Of a stretch of 64,000 nucleotides of DNA, positions 48,363 through 57,900 are shown in pieces. This stretch comes from a virus, in the IMG/VR virus record IMGVR_UViG_3300046168_000070, positions 129,845 through 193,844 of that record. One strand, written 5' to 3'. Made by a program: the position numbers and the translations under genes. The notes beneath the pieces are model-generated. The model was given only the letters and a program-made list of their open reading frames with translations, was not told the DNA's origin and ran no database searches. How positions within the stretch are numbered: the first letter of the stretch is position 1; each line of letters starts with the position of its first letter.

Positions 48363-50813
48363 ATGGAAATAAAGGTTAAGAAAAGAAACGGAAGACTTGA
48401 AAATTTTGAAGTAGAAAAAATTAATGCAAGCGCAGAGAGAGCATGTAAAGATATATCAGATGTATCTCCTAGCGAAATCATACTAGATGCACAATTGCAA
48501 TTATATGATAAAATTACAACAAAAGAGATAGATCAAGCTTTAATTCTATCCGCTAGAGAGAAGATAGAGAAAGAGCCTAATTACTCATTCGCAGCCGCAC
48601 AACTACTATTAAACAATGTGTACAAAGAAGTCTTCAAAGAGGGCGTGGATTCAGACACCTTTAAACTCCAATACAGGAAAAACTTTATACAAAATATTAA
48701 AAAATTAGTCAAGCTTGATAGGTTGGATAAAAGATTGTTAGATTTTGACTTAATCAAACTATCAGAAGCTATTAAAATAAGTAGAGATAAAAAATTCAAA
48801 TACTTAGGGATTCAAATACTGACCGACAGATATTTCATTAGAGAGGATAAGAAAATAATGGAAGCTCCTCAAAGTTTTTGGATGAGAGTTTCAATGGGTC
48901 TAGCTATAAATGAACAAGATAAAAACGAAAAAGCTATTGAGTTCTATAATTTAATCAGCAGCATGCTGTATACCCCCTCAACCCCAACTTTATTCAACAG
49001 TGGCACAACTCACTCCCAACTTAGCTCTTGTTATCTTAATACTTTTGATGACAGTATTGACGGTATTTTTGACGGCGCTTGGCAAGAAGCTCGTAAGTCA
49101 AAATACGCTGGTGGTCTTGGTCTTGATGTTACCCCTTTTCGTTCTACAGGCTCTCATATTCAGGGAACTAACGGTATCTCTAGTGGGCTTGTGCCTTGGC
49201 TTAAAATATATAACGATCTTCTAGTCGCTGTCAACCAAGGAGGCAAGAGGCCAGGTGCAGGATGTGCTTACCTAGAGCCTTGGCACCTAGACTTCGAAGA
49301 TTTTCTAAATTTAAGAAGGAATACTGGAGATGATAGATTGCGTTGCCATGATATGAATACAGCATCCTGGGTTCCTGATGAATTTATGCGTAGAGTCCAA
49401 AATGAAAAATCTTGGTACTTTTTTGACCCCAGAGACACAGTCGATGAAGAAGGTAAAACTTTACACGATCACTTTGGCCGAGGCTTCGATGATCGCTATA
49501 ATAAACTATGCAAACAAGCGGATGAAGGCTTGATTAAAAATTATAGAGTTATCCCCGCAAAAGAATTATGGAAAAAAATGCTTAAAGTTTTATTTGAAAC
49601 ATCTCATCCATGGAATACATTTAAAGACCCATGCAACATTCGGTATACAAATCAGCATGAAGGAGCAGTAAGAAGTTCTAACTTATGTACTGAAATTACC
49701 TTGCACACCAAATCCTCGAAATACAAAAGTGGGCAAAAAACTGAAGTCGGTGAAACTGCAGTTTGTAATTTAGGCTCAGTTAATTTAACCAACCACTTAA
49801 TTGAGAAAACAAACCACGGTTCTTCAAGTTACACAATTGATTACAAAAAGCTGGAATCGACTATTCATACCGCGATTAGAATTTTAGATAATGTAATTGA
49901 TATAAACTTTTATCCCACTAAAGAAGCAGAGAACTCTAATCTCAGACATCGGCCAATCGGATTAGGCATGATGGGATTACATGATATACTCCACGCCCTT
50001 AACATTCAAATTGACAGTGATGAAGCTGTTAAATTTAACGATAAATTATTCGAGTTCTACTCCTGCCATGCTATTTATGCTAGCTCAAAATTAGCAAAAG
50101 AAAAAGGTTCCTATAAAACTTATGAAGGTTCATTATGGAGTCAAAATATTCTGCCGATAGATTCTTTTAATAATTTAATGGAATACAGGAAGAGTAGCAA
50201 AAAGGGCTCTGAAACAATTAAGGATTGGGAAAAAGTTAGGAAGCATATCGCTGAATTTGGAATGAGAAATTCAAACGTTATGGCTATAGCTCCAACAGCA
50301 ACAATTGGTTATATTAATGGAATTGAGCAAAGTATCGAACCTAATTTTTCAGTACTCTTTGTTTATGAAAATAAAAGTGGAAACTTTTATATAACTAATC
50401 CTCATTTTGTTAAAGACATGAAGGATAGAGATCTCTGGTCTCCAGAAATATCTACGTTAGTTAAAAATGTAGATGGCGATCTTTCCTTATTAAACGGATC
50501 AATTCCCGAAGATCTAAAAGATAAATACAAAACCGCCTTCGATAGAGATATGATTAAATTAATCGACTGTAATTCTGTTCGTCAAAAATGGATAGATCAA
50601 GCAGTAAGCTTTAATTTATACAATAAAACTACATCCCTTAAGTATTTAAATGATATATATATGGCTTCTTGGGAAGCTGGACTTAAAACAACATATTACT
50701 TAAGAAATAGGGCCGCAAGTAAAGTTGAAAAATCAACAGAGGAATCGAAAGAAGCATCAGCATGTAGTATTGAAGCAATGAAAAATGGTGAAGCTTGTGA
50801 AAGCTGCCAATAA
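48363..50813 (+). CDS. nrdA: Class Ia ribonucleotide reductase alpha subunit with N-terminal ATP cone
   Basis: VKKRNG ATP cone, TPTLFNSGT, SSCY, SSNLCTEI, MAIAPTAT, KTTYYLR, C-terminal CESCQ. Confidence 0.97.
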   Translation: MEIKVKKRNGRLENFEVEKINASAERACKDISDVSPSEIILDAQLQLYDKITTKEIDQALILSAREKIEKEPNYSFAAAQLLLNNVYKEVFKEGVDSDTFKLQYRKNFIQNIKKLVKLDRLDKRLLDFDLIKLSEAIKISRDKKFKYLGIQILTDRYFIREDKKIMEAPQSFWMRVSMGLAINEQDKNEKAIEFYNLISSMLYTPSTPTLFNSGTTHSQLSSCYLNTFDDSIDGIFDGAWQEARKSKYAGGLGLDVTPFRSTGSHIQGTNGISSGLVPWLKIYNDLLVAVNQGGKRPGAGCAYLEPWHLDFEDFLNLRRNTGDDRLRCHDMNTASWVPDEFMRRVQNEKSWYFFDPRDTVDEEGKTLHDHFGRGFDDRYNKLCKQADEGLIKNYRVIPAKELWKKMLKVLFETSHPWNTFKDPCNIRYTNQHEGAVRSSNLCTEITLHTKSSKYKSGQKTEVGETAVCNLGSVNLTNHLIEKTNHGSSSYTIDYKKLESTIHTAIRILDNVIDINFYPTKEAENSNLRHRPIGLGMMGLHDILHALNIQIDSDEAVKFNDKLFEFYSCHAIYASSKLAKEKGSYKTYEGSLWSQNILPIDSFNNLMEYRKSSKKGSETIKDWEKVRKHIAEFGMRNSNVMAIAPTATIGYINGIEQSIEPNFSVLFVYENKSGNFYITNPHFVKDMKDRDLWSPEISTLVKNVDGDLSLLNGSIPEDLKDKYKTAFDRDMIKLIDCNSVRQKWIDQAVSFNLYNKTTSLKYLNDIYMASWEAGLKTTYYLRNRAASKVEKSTEESKEASACSIEAMKNGEACESCQ

Positions 50814-51226
50814 TGATTCGTCGCAAAGCTGCAGGAGTTGGCATAACTCACAATGGAAATGTTCTTTTAGCTAAAAGAATAAAGTACTATGAAGGGCAAA
50901 AAGTTTCTTTCGGTGGTTATTGGTCTATATTTAGTGGCAGCATAGAAGGCTCAGAGAAGCCAAGTGAGTGTGCTGCCAGAGAATTATGGGAAGAGGCTCA
51001 GATTAAGGTTCGCGCAAAAGATTTAAATTTTGTTAATACAATTAAAAGAAAAAATTTAGACTTAGATGTTTTCTTTATTGAATCTAATGATATGATTTTT
51101 CCCACATTAAACGAAGAACATACGGAGTTTGGGTGGTTTGTCATCGAAGACTTAAAGAGCTTCCCCTATAAATTAGATAAAGAAATGCTTTATTCAATTA
51201 ATTATTGGCATAGTAAATGCAAATAG
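50813..51226 (+). CDS. NUDIX hydrolase
   Basis: GSIEGSEKPSECAARELWEEAQI Nudix box. Confidence 0.88.
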   Translation: MIRRKAAGVGITHNGNVLLAKRIKYYEGQKVSFGGYWSIFSGSIEGSEKPSECAARELWEEAQIKVRAKDLNFVNTIKRKNLDLDVFFIESNDMIFPTLNEEHTEFGWFVIEDLKSFPYKLDKEMLYSINYWHSKCK

Positions 51227-51296
51227 TATATTAGGTTGCTCAATTAAGAGGGCCTCGAGTGCCAAAAGGTCTCGAATAATAAAAGGAATAAAAAAT

Positions 51297-51773
51297 ATGT
51301 CACAGTTAAATAAAGGAATGGGTAGCTCCTTAACGAACCCGATAACTAGAGAAGAAATATTCAGTCCGATAGAGTCTTTCTTGGATTCTTTCTTTAATGA
51401 TTCGCTTTCAGCTCTATCAACTTCGTCAGGTATTTCTGTATACGATAAATACAGTTACCCTAAAGTTGATATTATACAGAATGAAAAAGATATGTTAATC
51501 GAAGCAGAAATCCCTGGGTTATCTAAAGAAGATGTATCGGTTGAGTTAGAGAAGAATATCCTAACGATATCAGGCGTATCCAGAAAAGATAAGTCCTCAG
51601 ATAAATCAAACTACATACGTAGAGAGATAAAACGTTCTTCTTTTAAAAGATCATTCACAATATCCGACTCTTTAAATAAAGAAAAAATTAAAGCTGATTT
51701 TAAAGATGGAATATTAAATATTACTATACCTAAAAATAAACCAGATTCTGTAAAAAAATTAAAAATATTATAA
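51297..51773 (+). CDS. Small heat-shock protein (Hsp20)
   Basis: YPKVDI...EAEIPGLSKEDV...SFKRSF...IKADFKDGILNITIPK alpha-crystallin domain. Confidence 0.95.
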   Translation: MSQLNKGMGSSLTNPITREEIFSPIESFLDSFFNDSLSALSTSSGISVYDKYSYPKVDIIQNEKDMLIEAEIPGLSKEDVSVELEKNILTISGVSRKDKSSDKSNYIRREIKRSSFKRSFTISDSLNKEKIKADFKDGILNITIPKNKPDSVKKLKIL

Positions 51774-51780
51774 ATTTAAA

Positions 51781-51809
51781 TTGACTTTTTATTACCTTCA
51801 TGTTACTCT
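51781..51809 (+). promoter_or_regulatory. Sigma70-type promoter (extended -10)
   Basis: TTGACT (51781-51786), 17-nt spacer, TGn-TACTCT (51804-51809); ATG at 51816. Confidence 0.65.
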
Positions 51810-51815
51810 TATAAT

Positions 51816-52931
51816 ATGAAGTTAATTAATATATTATTATTTTTTCTTACAGCTCAGCTAGTATTTAGCTTCGCTCCTGAATCATTAAATGGGTCTAAAT
51901 TTCAAGTTAAAGGTGCTTATACCTTTATGCATATTTTACATCCAGATTATTATGATGTAATGACAGAAGGTGTAGATTTTGAATACTCAGTAAAATTTGA
52001 TGATAAAAAATTATCCCTAATAATACCAAATTCATTAACTTATACATATGATTATAATTATGAAAAACAAAGTAATACGTCCGCCTCCATTACCATTCAC
52101 ACCACTTATGACACACTAATTGAAGGGGTATTTGCCTTTAGCAGTAAAACAGAAGGCTCTTTTTCTTATACAGAATTTTTTATATCAAGAGAAGTCGCGG
52201 CTAGTTCTGACTCTCAGTTTACTTTTTCGCAACCATTAGACACAAACAACCCCAATAACTGGTATCTCTTAGGAAATTACTGGCATCAACCTTCATCCAA
52301 TAAGTATGTACATAAAAATACATTTTTAAATGGAGATGGATATGTAGAGCCAAATGAAAGAAAAATAATAAATGACACTACTGTCCCCGCAGATCATTTA
52401 AGATGGTATAAGTTTGCCAATAAATACTACTGGCAACAAGCAAATGATATATACCTAACAATAGAGGATTACACTCAAGGTAACTTTGATAATGTATTTA
52501 AAATGTCTCATGAAGAAGTGAATGCCATTTTAAATAAAGATAGCTCTTGGTATAAATTTGGGAACGAATATTATAATCCAAAATTAAATGTAAGAGTATA
52601 TCAAAATGAAGTTGATTCTTCTGATTATGCAGACTCTATTAAGACATACTTCAGTAATGAAATACGATCACCATACTACGGGTATAAGTCGCAAAACAAA
52701 AATCAAGAAGTAATTGCTGACCCAAAGTATACTCCAGTAGAAAAAAAACTAGGATTTTTCTTGAGCGACGGATGGATTTATTCCCCTAAGCATGGTTGGA
52801 TTTTTACTAATTCTCAAATTTACCCATACTTTTGGTTAAATAAGACTCAATCATGGTATTGCTATAAGACTGGAGAAGGATCTTCAATGGTTTACGACTA
52901 CAAACTGAATAATTGGATTCTAGATTTTTAA
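51816..52931 (+). CDS. Secreted protein with signal peptide and aromatic-rich C-terminal motif
   Basis: MKLINILLFFLTAQLVFS signal peptide; C-terminal GWIYSPKHGWIFTNSQIYPYFW...SWY. Confidence 0.75.
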   Translation: MKLINILLFFLTAQLVFSFAPESLNGSKFQVKGAYTFMHILHPDYYDVMTEGVDFEYSVKFDDKKLSLIIPNSLTYTYDYNYEKQSNTSASITIHTTYDTLIEGVFAFSSKTEGSFSYTEFFISREVAASSDSQFTFSQPLDTNNPNNWYLLGNYWHQPSSNKYVHKNTFLNGDGYVEPNERKIINDTTVPADHLRWYKFANKYYWQQANDIYLTIEDYTQGNFDNVFKMSHEEVNAILNKDSSWYKFGNEYYNPKLNVRVYQNEVDSSDYADSIKTYFSNEIRSPYYGYKSQNKNQEVIADPKYTPVEKKLGFFLSDGWIYSPKHGWIFTNSQIYPYFWLNKTQSWYCYKTGEGSSMVYDYKLNNWILDF

Positions 52932-52935
52932 GTGT

Positions 52936-52960
52936 ATAATTAACCACCGAGGTTAATTAT
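52936..52960 (+). promoter_or_regulatory. 10-bp hairpin covering the SD of the downstream small ORF
   Basis: ATAATTAACC-ACCGA-GGTTAATTAT; GAGG lies at the loop/3' arm junction; GTGTAT at 52932-52937 overlaps the 5' arm. Confidence 0.65.
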
Positions 52961-52961
52961 T

Positions 52962-53084
52962 GTGAAAGAATGGGGAACACTTATATTTAATTTATCAATT
53001 TTTTTAATATCTTTATTAATTTATTACATTCTTATTATAGGTATTTGTATTTTAGTAAAAGAAATCAACAGTCTCTTCTCATAA
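52962..53084 (+). CDS. 40-aa single-pass membrane peptide (not in the ORF track)
   Basis: GTG start with GAGG SD; VKEWGTLIFNLSIFLISLLIYYILIIGICILVKEINSLFS*; fills the intergenic gap. Confidence 0.6.
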   Translation: MKEWGTLIFNLSIFLISLLIYYILIIGICILVKEINSLFS

Positions 53085-53085
53085 A

Positions 53086-53091
53086 GTGTAA
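53086..53091 (+). promoter_or_regulatory. GTGTAA motif
   Basis: 8 nt before ATG 53100. Confidence 0.6.
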
Positions 53092-53099
53092 TATTCTAT

Positions 53100-54251
53100 A
53101 TGAGTATTGTGAGATTTAGCGACTTACCACAAAAAAATAATCCAGATACAGGGGATTTTATAGTTGGTCACGAAAATACATCTTTTGTTGATGAAAAAAA
53201 ATATTCTATAAAAGATATTTTTTCTTTATACTCTGCCTTAGATCAGGAAGTCTCTGGCAAAAGAATTTTTCACGACATAGAGTATGCAGGAGGATTAACA
53301 ATTGATGATATTTCTGGGATAGATAAACAAGTTTCATCAGTAATTAAAAGAAACCCTATAGAATTTATAGGCAGCCCTGGAGACCACTCCACTCCCAGAG
53401 CATGGATAAACGAGATACACTACGACAATAGATGTATAGATGTCAAGGAGTTCGTTGAAGTTTGTGGTCACACAGGAGTAGATCCAAAAAGGCTTACAAT
53501 TATACATTATAACTCCGATGGATATATGCATCGGTTACCTGATTTTTGCGAAAAAGATGGTTGTCTAGAACCACAACCTTTAACGTATACATTAACAGGG
53601 GACGTATTTTCAAATCAAGTAGGCGATTTTGGTTTCGAAATAGCTCCAATGATCGGCCTATCAAATGACAAGGATTACGGATTTGCATTAGTATATGACT
53701 ATGAACAGTCTGGAGAAAAAGTCATACAACTAATTAGTTACGAAGGTAGTGGGCACCAATTATCATTTGTAGGAAAAGAAGGTCCAGCCTCAGGATTAAG
53801 ATCGCATGATATAATTGTAAATCAAGATCCAGACATGCAAGAAATTTTGTGTGAAGATTTAAGGACACTACAATTATTTGGAACAGGTAACAGATATTCT
53901 GACTTCGAATGGAGATTCCCTACTTTAGATCAAACTGAAACTAGTGGCTACTTAAACCATGACCAAGGATTTAAATTTGTGGATGGCGATGTAGATAAAA
54001 CTCCTTTAGAATCAAGATTAGGAGTAAACACAAAACATCCACTAGATACACTACATGTAAAAGGAGGTATAACTGCAGAAGGTAATTTATTAATTTACGG
54101 TCCAGACTCTGGTCATTATGGAGAGCATAGAAATACAATCGTTCGAATAGAAAATCTTCCATCTGAATTAGACTTTCATGATATACCGCCAAATACTTTA
54201 TACCGAAGCGGGCACCATTTAATGGTAAAACCAACAGACTTAAGAGATTAA
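53100..54251 (+). CDS. Virion-type protein containing a lamin-tail-like domain
   Basis: WINEIHYDN..D..EFVEV.G...YGFALV...VIQLISYEG...GPASG matches lamin-tail domains of bacterial secreted nucleases. Fibre-like termini (VRFSDLP; RLGVNTKHPLDTLHVKGG). Confidence 0.7.
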   Translation: MSIVRFSDLPQKNNPDTGDFIVGHENTSFVDEKKYSIKDIFSLYSALDQEVSGKRIFHDIEYAGGLTIDDISGIDKQVSSVIKRNPIEFIGSPGDHSTPRAWINEIHYDNRCIDVKEFVEVCGHTGVDPKRLTIIHYNSDGYMHRLPDFCEKDGCLEPQPLTYTLTGDVFSNQVGDFGFEIAPMIGLSNDKDYGFALVYDYEQSGEKVIQLISYEGSGHQLSFVGKEGPASGLRSHDIIVNQDPDMQEILCEDLRTLQLFGTGNRYSDFEWRFPTLDQTETSGYLNHDQGFKFVDGDVDKTPLESRLGVNTKHPLDTLHVKGGITAEGNLLIYGPDSGHYGEHRNTIVRIENLPSELDFHDIPPNTLYRSGHHLMVKPTDLRD

Positions 54252-54253
54252 TT

Positions 54254-54688
54254 ATGGGCCCAATATTAAATACTATATTAGGAGCAGGAATTAAACTGGG
54301 AGTCAACCTAATTAATGCGTGGTTAATGCAAAAACAACAAGCTCAGTTATTAATGGCGGCTAGAGACAAATCAATGATAGACGCTTTATTAAAAAATCAA
54401 TCAGAACAAGCTAAAGACCCTTTTGTAAAAATAACCCGAAGAATATTATTCATGAGTATTACTTTTACAATGTGCTTCTTAATGATATATTATGCATTTA
54501 ATCCAGACATATCATATGATGTAATTGTGCCAAAAGGCGAAGGTGCTAGATGGGGAATATTTTCGTGGATATTTGGAGGCAAAGAGTGGGAATTGGTTGA
54601 GATGACAGGAGGCCTACTATTAAGCTCTTTCTTTGATCTTTGTTTTATGGTGGTCGGTTTTTATGCAGTACCTAGTAAAATGAGATGA
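54254..54688 (+). CDS. Holin-like membrane protein
   Basis: 144 aa, N-terminal amphipathic segment plus two hydrophobic helices, basic C-terminus; resembles 3-TM holins. Confidence 0.55.
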   Translation: MGPILNTILGAGIKLGVNLINAWLMQKQQAQLLMAARDKSMIDALLKNQSEQAKDPFVKITRRILFMSITFTMCFLMIYYAFNPDISYDVIVPKGEGARWGIFSWIFGGKEWELVEMTGGLLLSSFFDLCFMVVGFYAVPSKMR

Positions 54689-54993
54689 AGTATTTACTAA
54701 CAATAACTTTACTATTATCATCTTGTTTTTCTGCTAATATAAAAAACAGTAAAAAATACATTCAAGATCAAAATATAGCTATAGATACAATTGATACAAA
54801 TAGAGACGGCAATATATCTATATCAGAAATAAATTCATTTAAATCAAATTCAAATAAAACAGAAACAAAAAAAACGACACCATTTAAAATTTTTATTATC
54901 TTAATAAGTTCAGTACTACTTATATCAACAAGCCCCTATTTACTAAATATAATTCAAAATAAAAATGTCTCTAAGAATAAACAGAAGGAATAA
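54685..54993 (+). CDS. Lipoprotein with EF-hand loop and C-terminal transmembrane helix (unimolecular-spanin-like)
   Basis: Lipobox LSSC at C14, DTNRDGNISISE EF-hand loop, PFKIFIILISSVLLISTSPYLL TM helix. Confidence 0.6.
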   Translation: MKYLLTITLLLSSCFSANIKNSKKYIQDQNIAIDTIDTNRDGNISISEINSFKSNSNKTETKKTTPFKIFIILISSVLLISTSPYLLNIIQNKNVSKNKQKE

Positions 54994-57900
54994 TTTTTTA
55001 GAGATTAAAGAAGGCTCTAATTTAAAAATATTTAAAGCTCTACCTAAATATTTAAAAAGTGAAATACCTGATCATGACTTCCCTTACCACTTAGGTTATT
55101 GCGGCGACACAAACTATGGGCTATACTCAGAACCATCACTTCACCATAATCAAGACACATCCTTTTTAACAAGTTCAGCTGTAAAATTTGACGGCAATGA
55201 GTTCCTGGAAACTAATGAGATTAGCTTAACTAATAAAAATAATTTTTCAATTTCTACCTGGATAAAAACAAGCTCAAATCTCGAAGAAGTTTTAATTACG
55301 GATATGAGTTACCAGAATAGCGGCTCCTTTCAATTAAAATCCAATAATCAAAATAATAGACCAGAATTTTCTGTATTTGATGGTGTTAGCTTTATCTCCG
55401 TTACAGGTCATTCAGGCATAAATGATAATGACTGGCACTTTTTAAACGTAAATTTTTCATGCGATCAGGCTACTAAAAATTCTAGCATAGAAATGTATAT
55501 CGACTCAGAACTTCAAAATTCAAAAAGTATAACGGGGTTTATAGATTTAGAAAACATAACAGCTAGCGGGTCTTTTAGCTCGAGAGAAAATGAGCTATAT
55601 AAACTTTTTGACAAAAATAATTCGACTTATATAGAAATGTCTGGAAGCCAAGAAGAATCTGATTTTTATTTTGCAAACCCAATAACAGGCGGGATAGATA
55701 AAATTAGATACAGAGCTATAAATGATAGCGCTGCTTATGGCGAAGTTAAAGCCTCACTAATACTAAAAGATAAAATAACAGAAGAAGTATCAACGTTTGA
55801 TTTTCAATCTTTTATATCTTCAAATTTTGATAGTAACAAAGGAGTTAGTAACTCAAGTACAATAGCTAAAACGCAAACCCCAGTTCCCAATGCTATACCA
55901 GAATCTGGAATTTCTTATGGTCCAGTTGATTCTATTTTTTCCACGGGATGCCCCACGGATTGCAGTTATTTTGATCTGCGAGGTAAAAAATGGTTTCCAT
56001 TGCAAGAATATGACATAAACTATAATCACGAAAGTTTATACAATAGAGGTTTTTACCCGTTAAGGCCCCAAGACGAAATAGATTACGAAACTGATTCAGC
56101 TGGAAATATTATTGAGCATGAACCTAAATATACTTATGCTAATTTCAACACATGGCAGACAGATACTCCTTTTTTATATGGCAGAGACTGGGACGCTCCT
56201 CAGTTCTTAGATAAAGATATAATAGGCTTTCGTTATAAATATTCTCCAAGCACGACCGAGAATCAAACTTTTGGAATGGACTTTTCTAGAATAATAGAAT
56301 TTGGTCTATACTTAAGAGGCAATGAATACAGCTTACTAGAAACCTTACCATTAAATAGTTTTGAAGGACTTACATCTAATCACAACGAATCTTTTAATCT
56401 TACAATAGGCTCAACCGCCTCAAGCAATAAAACAAATTTTTTCAACGGTAGCGTAGATCAGATACTACTTTTAGATAAAACTTTAACACAAGATGATATA
56501 AATTCTTTTTACTCAGAAAGAGATTCAATTGAGTACAGTGCTCAACTAGCAGATGAATTAAAAGTTATCTCGTGGTACGATTTTTCTAATACCAATATAA
56601 TCGGATGGGACAGGCACAACAAAGTCACAACTCAAGAATTAGTTAGGCTTTACAATTTTAACAATACAAGAAACGACTCAAGTTCTTATTCAGTAAATCC
56701 TGAACTTTTTGGCAGCTTAAACTTTTCCACGGAAACAGTTAACTTTCCAGGGTATGCTGCGTTCTTCAATGGGTCAAGTTACTTATTTGACCCAGGTGGG
56801 AGAGAAATGGATTTTCAATCTAATTTGACAATAGAATGTTTTTTAAATTTTTCAACTATCCCAGAGGACGATCAACAAACTATACTGTCTTCCAAAAACT
56901 TTCAAGTATCAAACACGTCCTTTGAATATTATTTTAAAAATGATAAAATGTATTTTGACATCTATCAATTGGACCAAAAAATAATAACCGTAGAAAGTGA
57001 AACGCTTAACATATCGACTGATAAATATTACCATATAGCAGTATGTAGAAACAGAAATACCATTAATTTATTTTTTAATCAATCTTTATGCGGCACAGCA
57101 GAACTTCCATTTTACGTACCAATTTCTGATCCAGAAAACGGAATTTATATTTTAAATGGTTTTCACGGGTATGTTCAAGATTTAAGAATAATTCAAGACT
57201 CTGCTATATATGAGCCTAATCTATATATAGATGACTTCTATAAAAGGCTCGACAATCAATTTGTCGAAAGGCATAATTTATACACGACCTCTCACTATCC
57301 ATTACAGGAATCAGTTACCATGAGTGATAGTCGGGGAATATATATACCACAAGGGCATTATCTAGAAACAGCGCACGAGCATAAAGCTTTTAATTTTCAT
57401 AAAAATAGCTTCTCCATTTGCCTTTGGTTTCGATTAGAAAACTTGAACAAATCAGGCTTCATATTAGGCTCCTGGAACGACGAGGGAGGCTACAGTCATA
57501 GTTACGCACTAAGGTATGTTAAAAATTTTAGAAATCAAGTTAATACTTTGGTTTTCTTAGCCTCCGAAGATGGCACCAACTTTAGGTCTGTTAAAACCGC
57601 CAAATTAGAAAACAATATAATCTCTCCAGAAAGCTGGTACTTTGTTTCTATAACATATAATGGAAACGACAAATCTCTAAACATGTATTTGTATAGCGAT
57701 TCAGAGTTTATAGACTCAACAAGCATGAAAGTTAATTCATTCTTCACGATTCCAAGAAGAGATGATTTTCAAATAAATGGAGTCAAACATACAGAATCTA
57801 GTAATACTTTTCTTGATCTATCATTAAGTCAATTATTTTTCTCTTATAGGACTTTCTCCTTTATAGATGTTCAGAAATTCTGGAATTCGGGAGTAGGTAT

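Noticed and set aside
48363-50813. Intein or intron in nrdA
   Set aside because: 816 aa, continuous, with normally spaced motifs and no splicing signatures.
51239-51265. CIRCE operator upstream of hsp20
   Set aside because: Only the right arm resembles the consensus; the left arm at N9 spacing is CTCAATTAA.
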